Notes under the pieces: generated by a model
Told to the model about the DNA's origin: nothing
What the model saw: only the letters and a program-made list of their open reading frames with translations
Database searches by the model: none
Assembly: GCA_028534125.1 (NCBI GenBank)
Contig: CM052816.1
Coordinates: forward strand, 8,620,001 to 8,684,000
From: Lama glama
Taxonomy: Eukaryota
Direction of reading: 5' to 3'
Length of the DNA: 64,000 nt
Made by a program: the position numbers and the translations under genes
Shown here: positions 12,311 through 25,775 of the stretch, one piece after another
Position numbering within the stretch: position 1 is the stretch's first letter
How the letters are laid out: each line of letters begins with the position of its first letter

Positions 12311-13479
12311 TCTGACAGATAGATATTTAGGGCACAACTAGACTGCATTTCCTTGCTTAAACCCTCCATAGCCTCCCACTGCCTTCAGAATAAAGTTCCA
12401 GCTTTTTATCTCAACTCACATAGTCCTTGCATGTTCTGGCATCCCCTGACTTCTCCCTCCCCGCCTCAAACCCTCTCCTACATAGGCTACTTTCCCACCA
12501 TACTGACCTTCCAGTCCATTCTTGGAGCTGGCCAAGCTTTTTCTCTCCCAAGGAGCCCACCCATTTGATGTGCTGCAGTTCCCAACTGGCCAGTTCTTAC
12601 TCATTCTTTATGTTGTAAGTCAAACAGAACTTTCTCAGAGAGGCCTCTCCCGATCCCCTAATGTAAAAGAGCAGTCGCCATGATTGTCACTCATTGCCCA
12701 GCTCCCAATTGCACCAAACTACAATTTGAAATTGTCTCATTGTTAATGACTGCCTCATCCAGTAGACGTAAGCAACAGGGACTGGGGCTGTCATGTTCAC
12801 TGCTGGATCCCCAACTCCTACCCCCGGGCAGGAACATAGTAGGTACTCAATAAACAGCAATACTGGTATCATGTCACACAGCAAAAGGAAAAAAAAAAAA
12901 GCAATATGGTACAGAGAGTAGATAAGAGAAGAACCAAGGCCTTAAAGTCACACAGGGACCAGGATGCAAATCTTGGCTCCATTACTCTTATGCCTTTAGG
13001 CAAGTTACCTAAGTTCTCTGGGCCTCAGTTTCCTGCTCTGTAAAACAAGGATAATCCTCTGGCCTGAGAATGGATGTGCATACAGTGCCCAGCACAGGGT
13101 CAGCCACGTGGAAAGTGCTAACGAAGTAGTGGTTTCCTGTGTAGCAGCTCTTTGAAGCCTCACCACAATCCCAGGGGCAGGAACTGTTTTAAATCCTCAT
13201 CTTACAGATGAAGAAGTCAAGGAACTATGTCCCAGGGAGTTTAAATACTTTGTCCAATAATTCTGGCTCCAGATCCTAGGGCCTGCTTTATAACAGTGAT
13301 GGTGGTGGCGCGTGAAAGATGACAAAAACAGAGGAAGGGGCAGTGGTGAGCTCTAAACAGCAACAGCCCGGTTCACTCCCACCCCTCTGACAACCATTCA
13401 TCTCCATGAAACTCAAAGGTTAGGAGCGCAGCAGGAAAACCACCGGGTTACACAAACATCCGTGGTTATTAATAGCTAT

Positions 13480-14350
13480 GAAGGAGAAAAGAGAAAGATC
13501 TGATTACAGAAAAATTTCAAACTTCTATATAACAAAAGACATCACAAATGAGGTCAAAAGATAAATGAGAATGTGGGAGAAAATATTTTAACTTCATAAT
13601 AACAAAGGCTTACTCTCCCTGACATGAACACTCTCCTGCAAATAAACTGGAAAAATACAAATGACCCCATGGAAAAATGGGCAAAGACTGTGAACAGTGT
13701 ACAGAGGAGGAAATGACAACAGGCAACACACAGTGTGTAAGTAGGGAAATGAAAATTTAATAATGAGCTCCTGCCTGTCTCCTAATATTAGCAAAAATGA
13801 AAAATACTGGTAACACCCGTGGCTGATGAAGGAATAAGGAAACCAACACTGGGATACCCATCGTCAGACTGTAAAAAAAAAAATGTTACAGCCTTTTAGG
13901 AAACATATTCTAAAATATTATGACAAAAACAATGCACAAAAAAGTTCAGAAATAAAAGCATAATACATGGTGATATAAATAGATAGACAAACAGATAGAT
14001 ATAAGAAGTCATTGACACATTTTTATAATAACAAGAACCGAGAAACACCTTGACTGCATCAACACAGTTGCATATTACGTAGCTACTAAATGAGGTACAT
14101 CTGTATGTGCCAACGTAAAATAATTTCTGAAAAAAAAGTTAAGGAATAATGCCTACGGCCTGATTTTATTTTCACAGAAAACAACACAAACATAGCCAAA
14201 TCACCTTGAATGCTTGTTTAAGCAGAGAAAAAAAAAGTAGGAAAATCAAATTTCTAATTACAGTAAGTCAAAGGAGTTGGACTAGAGGGTGTCTTGCTTC
14301 AGATACATCTTTAAGTTTGAATTGTTGCAATGAGCATATATTTTATTTAA
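13480..14350 (+). mobile_element. Degenerate old L1 fragment
   Basis: A-rich ORF2/3' remnants (aaaatttcaaacttctatataacaaaagac..., gaaaaatgggcaaagactgtgaacag). Confidence 0.65.
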
Positions 14351-14926
14351 TATGCTCTATTTAATAAGTCACTAATTATGACTTAGAAAGTGTTGCCTGC
14401 CTCTCTACTCTTGTAAAAACCTTTCTTGCTTTAACACTTACTTTGCTTCAGTTCCTACAGATTAGCTGCTGGTTGGAAAGAAGGTGTTAATTGTCTTCTG
14501 AACAGCTTCCTCTGATTAACCTCTTGGCTTGCTCTGCTGCTCAGCCTTTCAGGAGGAAGAAGCCTGATATTATTATTCTGAAAAGAAATATATGTTCTGA
14601 ACATGCAGTACATTCATGGAGTAGAAAATTCAAAATGAATAAACGAGGATATAGTGAGAAGGGAGTCTCTTTCTCTCCCTAGTGCCCCAGTCATCCAGTT
14701 CTAAGCCAGTTTCTCACGTGTCCTTTCAGAGATATTTGTGCCACATATTAGCATATGTATGTATATAATCTATTTTTTAGAACACAAATGCTGTACATAA
14801 TGTCCATACACACAAACACATTCATATGGAGGACGTATTTGAATTTCTTCTAGCCAGAACCCAACTAGTTCCAAGGTTGTAGTCTTTTCTTGCTTGATAA
14901 GACAAATTTCTACAACTGAGGCAGTT

Positions 14927-15340
14927 CATCTGTCCATTCATCCATCCATCAGTCTGTTTGTCCGTCCATCCATACATCCATCCATCCATCCATCCATGAG
15001 CATCTGCTAACAAGTATTTGGTGAGCACTCACTCTGGGCCAGGCACTAGGCTACAAGCTGGAGATAAAGTGGTGAAAAGATAAAGTCCTTGCTCTCATCC
15101 GACTGGCCTTCTGGGGAAGCTACAGATTATGTAGAAGAAAACAAATAATAGAAGAACACTAACACATTTCAGACAATGGAATGTGCTTTGGAGAGACTCA
15201 TTCTCGATTAAGAGAAAAAGGGAAGGAGGGGAGGTGAAAAGGAGAGGGAGGGGAGGGCTATTTTAGATGGAGAGGCCAAGGAAGGTCTCCCTCAGGAGGT
15301 GACATTTAAGCTAAGAACTGAATGACAAGAAGGAGCAAAT
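14927..15340 (-). mobile_element. L2 3' end with (CATC)n tail
   Basis: (catc)n at ~14927-14997 followed by aacaagtatttggtgagcactcactctgggccaggcact...ggaggtgacatttaagctaagaactgaatga. Confidence 0.7.
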
Positions 15341-15649
15341 GTTACTGGTTTCCTTGCTCTGATGACTTTCCAATGAGAGATTCCACGGGCAAAGTTTCAA
15401 CCTGATCCAAGTGGTGAAGAAGGTGGGCTCAGAGGTCCTGGAGGCATGCATTTGAACCCATCTCTGTCACTGAAAGCCAGGTGAGTCTTGGGCAAATTAT
15501 TTAAGCTCTCCATGCCTCAGTTTCCTTCCCTGTAAGATGAGGTTATATAAAAATATATAAAGGATCACAGTGAGAATCAAGTGGATTAAGCAGTGTGGGC
15601 TGCCCGGGCTGGCACAAAGAAAGTAAGCACAAAATGATGTCTAAAAAAT

Positions 15650-16710
15650 TACAAAGCCAGGCAAAGCGTTCTTAGATGGAAAGTCAAAAGTATGATCTAT
15701 AAGAGAAAAAGGTGATAAAAATTTTCATCAAAACTAGAAATGCTTACTCTGTGAAAGACACTGTTAAGAAGATGAACAGCAAGTTACAATCTGGGAGAAC
15801 CACATATCTGACAAAAGGCTTATATCTAGAATATATTAAGAACTCTCAAAACTCAGTAAAAAAACAAACAACCCAATTAAGAAATGAACCAAAGGTTGAC
15901 CAGATACTTTACCAAAAGGATACATTACAGCAAATAAGCACACGAAAAGATATTCAATAGCAAGCACACCCTTATGTCATTACGGAAGTGCAAAACAAAG
16001 CCATGATGAGATACCACTGCACATCTATTAGAATGGCTTAAAAAATATCCGAACACTGAGCGCCATCAAGACACAGAAAAACGGCAACGCTCACGCACTG
16101 CCAGTGAGAGTGCAGAGGCATACAGCCACTCCGGAGAACAGTTTGGCAGTTTCTTATAAAGTTAAGTCTACATTTAACATATGATCAGCAATCCCGTTCC
16201 TAGGTGATTACCTTAGAGACATGAAAACTTATGTTCCCATTAAGACCTACACACAAGTATCTATAGCGGCTCTATTCATAATCATCAAAAACTAGAGATG
16301 ATCCAAATGTCCTTTAAGGGAAAAATAGATATACACACTGTGGCAAATCCATACTACTAGAAAGCTACTCAGCAAAAAAAAAAAAAAAAAAAAAAGGTGG
16401 AAACTCCTGATACACACAACAGCTGAATGAACGGGAAAGGAGCCAGTCCCAAAGCATTACGTACTACGTGATCACTTTATTGAAAAGGCAAAGCTAGAGC
16501 AGTGGAGAGAACAGATCAGCGGTTGCAGGGGTAGGTCTGGGGAAGGGTGTGACTGTGGAGGGGCAACTCTAGGTCGTTGTTTGGGGGCTGATAGAACTGA
16601 TTTGTATCCTGTCTGTGCTGGTACTTACACAAATCTACACATGCGTCAAAATTCATAGAAATGTACATGAAAAAAGCCAATTTTATTGCCTGCTGGTTTT
16701 TAAAAATAAG
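15650..16710 (+). mobile_element. L1 (L1M-type) ORF2 end and 3' UTR
   Basis: Degenerate ORF2 translation (KDTVKKM..YLTKGLYLEYIKNS) and tttggcagtttcttataaagtt...cagcaatcccgttcctaggt. Confidence 0.85.
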
Positions 16711-17150
16711 AAGAATTAAAAGTGACTAATGATATTGTCATTCGAACTCGGCCACTCAGTTCCAATCCCTCCTCCCTCCTTCTCCTCAATCTCTGCAACC
16801 AGAAACTTCTTACAGAGGCACTTCCATCCCCTAAATATTTGAAAACATCTTATAACTTGGCTCTGTTACTCTGCCTACAAAGGTAATATACATTTTTGTT
16901 GGAAAGAAAAGAAGGAAGGAAGGGAGAGAGGGAGAGAGGGAGGAAGAATTCAATCATTACAGAAGTGCATGTCATTGAAAGCAAAAGCCCTCAGGAATCC
17001 CACCCACCAGAATTAATGGCTGCGAGAAGCTTCCACCAGAACCATTTCAAAGCAATTTTACACAGTTGTTTCCTCACAAGGTTCAGAACCCATATGGTGG
17101 GATTTATTCTGATTGATTGTTCAGGGAAACACAGAGGACCCTGGGGAGAA

Positions 17151-17159
17151 TGACCTTGA
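17151..17159 (-). promoter_or_regulatory. Candidate ERR/NR5A response element (TCAAGGTCA)
   Basis: Perfect TGACCTTGA on the plus strand; motif match only. Confidence 0.3.
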
Positions 17160-20100
17160 AAGATTAACAGCCAGGAAGCCAGCCCATTCTCTTGTCAAGT
17201 CAAAGCATTTCACAGCTGGACAGAGTCTCAGGGTGATCTAGTTCATTAAAGGTCATCCAGTCCCTTCCTGTCCCTCTCCACCACCACCCCTAACAAGACT
17301 CAGTACCTCATGGCAGCCTCTTCCCCACACCCCAACCTCTCCCTCTGCACCCCGGCCTCCACTTCCCTCTTAGCCAGCTCCATTTGCAATCACTGTTCAG
17401 ATTATTCAGTCAACATTCAACAAATCATTCATTCACCTGTTCCTTCCTTCTTTTATCCAAATATACTTACTGAGCACCTAATACCTGCTATGCAACATGC
17501 TGAGTCATAGGAATACCCTGGTGAACAAGATCCACACAGTTCCTGCCCTCTTGGAGCTTCCATTCTAGTCAGAGAGACACTGACTAACCACAGAATGATT
17601 CTAACATATATTTCAATGAGAACTTTGCCAAAGCCTGGAAAATGCAAGTACACGGTGTGGCGAGAACAAACCTGGCCAGGCCAGGCTTCCCTGCAGAAGG
17701 ACCGTGAAGCTGTGACCTGCAGGATGGGTAGGAGTTAGCAAGGTTCAGAGCAGAGGGAAGGGCATTCAAGGCTGAAGGAATTATACGTGCAAAACTGCAG
17801 GAGGTCAGGGTGGCTGACGTGCACTGTGGGGACCAGCAGGTGCTGAGGTCACAGCAGTGGACAGGGCACAATGACAGCTCTCCCAGGAAGTGTTTTGGGG
17901 ACTTTTACACTGGCTTTGTGGCCTCCCTTGCCTTTTCCCTCAAAGTCCTGCATCTGAAACAGAATGTTTCCTGTAGGGTTCAGGGTATAGGATCTGGAGT
18001 AAGACCTAGGCTCCATTCCTCCCTATGTATGTAGAAAGCGGCAACAACTTTCTGTGTACCTCATTTTTCCTGCCTGTAAAATGGGTATAAAACTATAACA
18101 TGGGAGGTTTTAATGAGATAACCCACATAAAGTCACGTAAAGTCATGATCACAGTGCTTGGTACTTCAGCACTGCTTGGTTTGTGGTGCTACCATTGTTA
18201 CTCATGTTATTAGAGGCACCGTGGTGCCTGTCGCTGGAGGTGCTATCTCTATATAGTCAAAGACGGATTTAACACGGAGCGAGGCAGGGCTCCCAGCCTC
18301 TGGATTCCTATAGACAAAAGTCCAAGCACTGACTCCTTTGGAATGACATTCCTTGAGTCCATCAAGTATGTTTTGGAAGTGGACTCGCATTTGTCAGTGA
18401 CACAGGCTGAAGAGTAGAGGACAGCTAAGTCCCAGGAAGGTTCCTTAGATGACAAATGTGTGCTGTCAGTTGACATCAGCCCACCCTCACCCCCTCCTCC
18501 TGCTCTGAAGGCTGGACTTCCATCCAAAGGATTCCAACCATTCTGTCAGTAACGAGAGCCTCAAGAAGTCCTCTCTGAGCTGAGGAGTCATGGGTTCTGC
18601 CTTCCCAGAAAAGCACCTTTGCACCAGTGGGAGCATGCCTTTGGACTGATAAAGACTCGCCGTGTCCAGTTATGGGTAGGAATATTGCAAGGGGGTAAAG
18701 CTATTTTTTGCCACATGCTCTATCTCTCCAGCAGGCACAGTGACATTGCTGGGATCCAAATATTCTGAGCCGTAGAAGGTCATGGAGCTGAAGGCTAGAA
18801 GGCCTGGCTCTCAAAGAGCCAGGTCGGGGGTAGGGGGGTTATTTGCATCACTGGTTAGGGGGTCTTAGGACCTTTAGCTGTCATCCCTTCCATCCCCTGG
18901 CCCAGCCTCAATCCACTACCCAGAGGGCTTCTGTTGAACTGATTCCCCTGGGCTGACTGGTGGCAACTGTTTATTTTTAGCCTATGATTCCCCTGAGAAT
19001 GCGGGTGGGCCCCTGTGGAGCAAGGGGAGGGAGGCGGGGAGGAGGAAGAGGAACTTCAGGGCCTGGAGAGCCAGTGAGGACACAGTTTGGTCCAAGCCCT
19101 CGCTCAGCCTTGTGATCTGCAGTCCTCTTCCTCCTCGGCTCCCCCAGCTCAGGATCAGGTTGGACTCCTGTCCCCGTGTTCCCCTTTTCCTCTTCCCTGA
19201 AGGCTCTACAGACAGTGGGCCTTCTGTTCCTCTTTAGAGCTACCTTCGTGTCCTCGGTCCTTTGGGGTTCTCATACTCGACCACCGTGGGTGTGGAACAG
19301 GATTCCCTCCTTCTTCCTCTGAAGAGATGTCCCAGATTCCATCTCCTTGGGTCTGCCTGGTACCAGAGTAGGTGCTTAATACGTATGGTGAGCTGAAGGG
19401 CGGATTTCACTGCTCCTCCATGTAGGCCAAGGCCTGAATAATGGAAGAACCAGTAAGGGGAAGTCATAGGGGTTTAGAAACTTACAAAGCCCTTAAGTCA
19501 TTGTCTCTGGTTGCTAGTTCCTGTCTCTTTTCTGAGAAGTTCCCTGGAGCCTCTGGGCCTCATCTTTGCCTCTGTAATTGAGAGGGAAATGCATCCACCC
19601 CCTCTTCCTCTTCAAGGCTATCTTCAGCCTTCCCTGACAAAAGAGAAACTGTCTGGAGAGCTGGCCTCAATCCTGATACATACTCAGGTGACCCAGGGCA
19701 AGATGCTCTGCCCTCTGCAAGAGATGGTAACCCACTCCTGTGGGATTGCTCTTACAAGCAATAGAGTGTGTGTAAAAGGGATGACATGTAGGTAGTGCTC
19801 AATAAATGGTTGCTGTTGTTGTGTTATCATTAAATAAATGGTGCAGGAAACCGAGCCCTCTTTTTTTTTTTAACATTTTCTTCTTTCACGATACACCTGA
19901 TCATTCCTCATATTTATAGAGTGCTTTAATATTTGATAAGGCGCTTTTACATACATTAGCTCATCTGATCCCCACACAACCCCTTGAAAAGGGCCAAGTC
20001 ATTATTCCATGATTATTGTTCCCATTACACAGATAAAGACACTCATGTTCCAGGAAAACATGGACGGGTCCCGCTCACCATTGTGTCGTCAGTGCCGGAC

Positions 20101-20962
20101 GCAGGGTCTGGCACAGACTAGGTGCTCAGAACAAAACAGAGCAAACCCTTTTGAAGGAATGACCTATAGGATGTAACCCCATGTGCTGCTTATCCTTTCT
20201 TCATCAGTAAAACGGGGATTAAGGCTATAGGACATGCAAAGGAAATTCAAATTCTAGGGCTGAGCTCCATAGCAAGGCTTGCTCTTTTTAACAGACAGAA
20301 GGGGAGTAATGTACGTGCAGCAAGCCGTTTCCCCTTCTCCCAGAGGAGAGACTCACTTTTGGTTTCAAGAGGATAACTGGGAAGTGCCTCTAACAGGAAG
20401 ATAGTCATGGCTCATTCGTGGGAGTGTCTCAGACCAGATCCCCAGTGTCCTCATATCCTAGGACTTTGGTTTCTCCTGCTTTCTCCAGCTGGAAGTTGAA
20501 TTTTAGGAAAGAGATGAGCCTATGCGCATGTGGTCATGGGAAGCAAACCCCAGAGGAAGATCGGGGTGGGACCTTCTGGAGTAGAAATCAAAATTTCCTC
20601 CTAAATTGACACCATGGGGGAAAGATCCTGCTGCATTTGGAAGAGATGGGGTGAGGTGGATGAAAATATAAGAGAAAATTTAATCATGTGATCCCTTTTT
20701 AGGTCAGAAATCATTGTATTAATTTGGGGACATAAAAATGTATTATGTATAAGTTGATTTTTGCTGCAAATGTTCACAAGCAGTTTATTACATTTCAAAG
20801 TATAATCTTTGTTGTCAGGCAATAATTATAAATCTGTGGTTTACTTTTAAATTACTGATTTTTTAAAAAATGGAGCTATAATTGTTAAGTTTTAGGGAGT
20901 CTCCTCAGTTTGCCCACTGAGGAGAAGCAAAAATCATCCACACTTAACTTCAAAAAAGCCTC

Positions 20963-21200
20963 CGTCACAGATAAACAAGATTGTACTGTGTAGCACAGGG
21001 AAATACATACAGGATCTTGTGGTGGCTCACAACGAAAGAGAATGTGACAATGAATATATGTATGTTCATGTATAACTGAAAAATTGTGCTTTACACTGGA
21101 ATTTGACACAACATTGTAAATGACTATAACTCAATAAAAAATCTTTATATAAAAAAGAAAAGAAAAGAAAAGAAAAGAAAAGAAAAGAAAAGAAAAGAAA
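20963..21200 (+). mobile_element. 5'-truncated L1 3' end with (GAAAA)n tail
   Basis: ataaacaagattgtactgtgtagcacaggg...tgactataactcaataaaaa followed by (gaaaa)n; aaagcctc flanks both sides as a probable target-site duplication (TSD). Confidence 0.8.
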
Positions 21201-21624
21201 GCCTCTACCATGTCGGAGCTTATGGTTTATAAAGAGAGACCACACATCTTTAAGAAAGTTACCAGGACTATGTAGGAGGCTCCTCAATACATGTAAAATT
21301 TGTACAAAAATATCTTCTATGAAAATGATTTGTAATCTGCAGACTTAATACATGGGAGATGTCTTGAGATGTTAAATCCCATCCTCTGGGTTGTGGGGTT
21401 TTTTTTTGCTTTCTCCAAATAAATCTGATCTTTAAAGTTCAAAAAAAAAAAAAAAAACAAAAGACTGTGTAGGAAGAAAAATCTCTAGTCACTGATGACA
21501 ACACACTTCTCTTGAAACTTATCTCATCATTGTGTGTACATTTTATTTTCTAGTGACTGTAAATCACATGTTTTCTTTCAGAATGGTTTATAATGCTTTT
21601 AGAGTCTAGGAATCTGAAATAAAG

Positions 21625-21830
21625 CTGATGTTTATTGAGCATCTACTATGTGGGAGCCACTGTCCTGAGGACTCTACATGCATTCATTCATTTAATCCTT
21701 ATCACAGTCCCATGACAGAGGTACTATTATTACGTCCATTCTACAGATGAGAAAACAAAGTTCAAAGAAGCAAAGTGGCTTGCGTAAAGTCCCATGGCTA
21801 CCAAGTAGCTGAACCGGGGTTTAAATCCAG
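21625..21830 (-). mobile_element. MIR SINE
   Basis: tttattgagcatctactatgtg...cattctacagatgagaaaacaaag is a reverse MIR. Confidence 0.75.
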
Positions 21831-23859
21831 GTGGAGAGCAAAGTGGTGGATGGTTTGGCATGAAAATTAGGCTCAGTCAGCCCTCTTCATTTAACCAGGT
21901 TACATCCTCAGAGTGAATTGGGGCAGACTATCCCCCTCCAGCCGCATTATCCCACGGAAACGCATGCAACCCTCTTCTTTCCAGACCCTACCGCAACAGG
22001 AACAATTTTGTGACTTAGGTAGCTGTTGGAAACACACCAATGCTCCTTAAATATTGCTTTAGAGTTTTTATCTCAGAGCAAGTTTTAATTCTCTAAACTT
22101 CATTTTGAAAGGATTCTTCCTTTAATCCCTTTTATAGAGGATGAAGTCACAGAGGCAAGAAAAAGCTGATTTCTAATTCCCTCCCAACTCCACATTTCTC
22201 AGTCATGCTCCAACTAACCTGCCTGGAACCTTGTGAGGAAGCAGAGGAGGATCACATTTCTGGCCCTTCTTGTCCCCTTGCTCCTTTAACACGCCCGAAT
22301 GCAGTGCAAGACCCTGTCACAGGCATTGGGAGCTCAGGAGGGAACACAGCTCTGCCCTCATTTGGGGTACCTTCTAGTGGGCGATGACTGACAGTCAACA
22401 AGGGAAAAGGAGACGGACTGAATTGCAGGACTGTATCTGTGCTCTGAAGGAAATCCCCCGTCTTTCGGTCTGGCACTGCCAGTGCCTGGTCAAGCTCCCG
22501 GCCACCACCCAGGCCTGGGGAGTGGGCAGGAGCACACCTACTACCAAGACTGAAAGTTTTAAGAGGAAGCCCCAAGCGAGGGGGCGTGGAGTTCTCAGTC
22601 TTGCAACAGTGGCAATTCATGGGTCTCGGAGGAGCCGTTTCCCCTTGACCCCACGGTCTGGTCACCCTGCCCTCTGTGCCCAGAAACTGTACTGAGCCCA
22701 CACTGGGCACAGCTTTACATTCAAAACTTCCCTATGGCTTGACTTTTAGACATCACTTTGGGAAAGCCAAGTCTACCTAGACTTTGGACAACTTATCTTA
22801 AATGCTTTATTTTGGGGAGATTTGTTTTTCAGGCTTAATTTCTTTGAGGAGCCTAAAAGGTCCTGGGAAGAAAACCACACTAATCTCATCCTACACCTTT
22901 AACTCCTACCTTCACAGCCGAGACCCACTGGGAAGACCAGGGTGGAGATCAACTGTCCTGAGCCTGACACAAGGACGGTCCCAGGAGCCACCCCTCACTG
23001 GCCGGCACTGCAGAGTCCTGGGGCCCTTTTCCTCTCCATGACATCAACCAGTCCACAGGAGACCTGCCGGAGGAGGACAGAGGCTCTCATCCCCACTTTC
23101 AGAAGTGGGGCAGGTCATTTGCTGGATGCTACTTACGCATGATTGCGTGACTCTAAACCCAGTGCTGTTTTTACCATCGCAGTGTTCCCCATTCTGTCAA
23201 AGTCCTCCCTCTGACTTGTGCGAAATCCCTCTAACATCTATACCATGATTAATACATTTTTCAAGGTGGCCTGTTTCTTCCCCTTAGTCTAAATGCCTTT
23301 GTTTAAAAACAAAACTTGATTATCACTGCTCTAACCAGAAATCTGATTTCACTTACCGTAAATGGAAGGCAGTCATAAAAATAAATGCAAGGAGAGGTTA
23401 GCAAGTCCCCACTAGACACTGTGGCCTGCTGCAGGCATTGAGCCTGAGGCAGGCTCTTTGTAGAAGAGGGAGGGTAGCAAGTGTCAGAGGTATTGGAGAC
23501 AGGCTAGCTCCCAGCTGAGGCTCTCTCCTGGGAGGCTGAGGGAGGAATGAGAAAGTGATGAACTTTCTCGCTCTGTGAGCAAATCAACACTCTGCTGTGC
23601 CCATCTTGGACATCAAACTCCTGTCTTGCTCCTGGGGAAACCTGTGGTGCAGCACCCCTTCTTGGAGAAGAGAGGCAGCTCCCTTGCCTTGGCATCACCC
23701 CCACAGCCACCCGACCTGTCTTGGAGGCCATCCTTTGCAAGATCCCTCTTCCTCTGCGTCCCAACTGTGAGGTCGGTCCCAGGCACCATCCCTGCCCACT
23801 GGTGTCCTAGCACCTAGCACCTACCACACCCCCTGCCCTAGCCAGGAGGCAGAGCTCCT

Positions 23860-24400
23860 CTGTGTTGCTGCAATCCCTTTCCAAGCCCTCCTTCTGCTTC
23901 CTATTCCTCCCGCTTCAATCTGCCCACCAGCCCAGCCCAGGTGCATCATAAAGTCCAGACTGATCATGCTGCTTCTCTGCTAAAAACACCTCCGTGTCTC
24001 CCACTGTCCTCAGGATGACGTCCTTCCTCCCCCGCAGCCCACCTGCCCTGTCCTGACCACACACCTCCCCAGCCTCACTCACCTTCCCTCCCCCAGCTCT
24101 AGATCTCACCAGGTCGGAGGTCTTCGTGACTTAGGAATTTCTTAAACAACGTTCCCTCTGCTTGAAGCGCTGCTTCTCACTGTTACCCATCCTCCTGTCT
24201 CAGAGTCACCATCACTCCCTCCTGGCAGCCACGCCTGGTCTCCCTTGGGGCAGACCCCTCCCCTTTGATGACCCTGTGTTTCTCCCATGGCTCACTCTCT
24301 ATTGGAATCACCTGTAGCTGTTTGTGGCTCTAGCCCAGACCTAGCACAGGGCTGGTACTGTGTGGAGCCACAGAAGTACTTGTTGACTGGATGAGGGTGT
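23860..24400 (+). mobile_element. L2 LINE 3' fragment
   Basis: ctgatcatgctgcttctctgctaaaaacacc...cctagcacagggctggtac...tgttgactggatga. Confidence 0.55.
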
Positions 24401-25662
24401 TTATTCATTCCCTGCACCTGTCAATCCCCACTCCCACTTTCTACCTGCCCCGCCCTTGGTCTTCACCTAATTAAGTTCTCCCTCTCCCAGCCCTGACGTT
24501 CCAGGTCAAGTCCCACCTCTCCCATGAAGCCCGCCCTGATCGCTCTAGTCCAGACAGAATCCACCTTCCGTAGAACCCCTAGAGCATGTTTGTTGAGTGA
24601 AGAAACGGGACACATTATAAATGGAGCAGAGTGAGAAAACAATGTCTTCTAAAACTCAAACTCATGGTAATGACTTCTGTTTTTTAAGAGAGAAGGCATA
24701 ATTCCTATCAGTGGAAAAATAAATCTCTCAGCTACTTCCTTGGAGAGGCTGGTGGGAGAAAGAGAGACACAGGTTAAAATCAAAGGCTTTTTTGGTTTCT
24801 CTTTGCAGTAAAGGTGAGATCCTAAGAAGAAGGCCCCTTTCAAAAAGTTACTTGGTTTTTTGGGAAATAAATAATAGTTTGCACATGGTACGTAATTCAA
24901 AAGGGAGCTGGCCTTTCCTTAGTGCGCCACATTAATGAGTTTGAATGTGGAAGCACATAGGTATCCATGGAGGTGGAGAATCCATTGCTCCTGGTGATAC
25001 AGGGAGGGAAACTGCATTCCCGGGGAGTTCCCATGGGTGGAAAAGTGGACTCTAGGGGCAATGGGCCAGGCATCCAAACGCTGTCCTAGGGTCCGTGCAG
25101 GGGGTTGGCCAGGGAAGAGGTCTCCGGGTGCAGGGCTGGCCAGCTGTTAAGTTGCCCTTGCACACCTTGTCAGCAACATTGACAAAGTTGGCTGCACTCA
25201 AATCCCTGGAGGGACAGTTTGAGGGGCAAATGAGGAAAGATGGCTCCAGTCACCCTGGAATCAAAAAGCCTCAGAGAGAACAGGAACCCAGAGCCTGGGG
25301 ACACAGGGAGGACAGCGGGACTTTCCCTGGGGACTTGTGGAAACCTTAGGAGGGCACCAGGCTTCCTACCGAGGAGGAATAGGGCTCCAGCCAACAGTGT
25401 TAATCTCAAAGGACACACGACCTCAGCTAACACTGGAGTTACAAAGAGTCTTGCTTTATATTATTATCTTTTTCGGTTTCCGACATTCTGCATTCCTGAC
25501 TAGACCACAGGGTCTCTGAGATCAGGGACGGGGTCTCTTTTCCTCTAGTCCCCACTCCCCTGGCCAGTAACGGCGAGCCCAGCACTGAATCCATTTTGCT
25601 GGCTCCTACGACATTCTCACTGAGAGAGGACTGTGACTGAATGATTCATACTGACCCTTCCA

Positions 25663-25775
25663 GGGGACAGGTGTAGTTGAGTGGTAGCATGCCCAGGGTC
25701 CTGGGTTCAACCCCCAGTACCCCCATCAAAATAAACAAATACCAAATTACCTTCCCCTAAACAGAAAACAAAACA
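25663..25775 (+). mobile_element. tRNA-derived camelid SINE (Vic-1-like, degenerate)
   Basis: ggggacaggtgtagttgagtggtagc...ggtcctgggttcaacccccagtaccccc plus A-rich tail. Confidence 0.7.

Noticed and set aside
18214..18229. Short inverted repeat aggcacc-gt-ggtgcct
   Set aside because: 7-bp arms are expected by chance in 64 kb.
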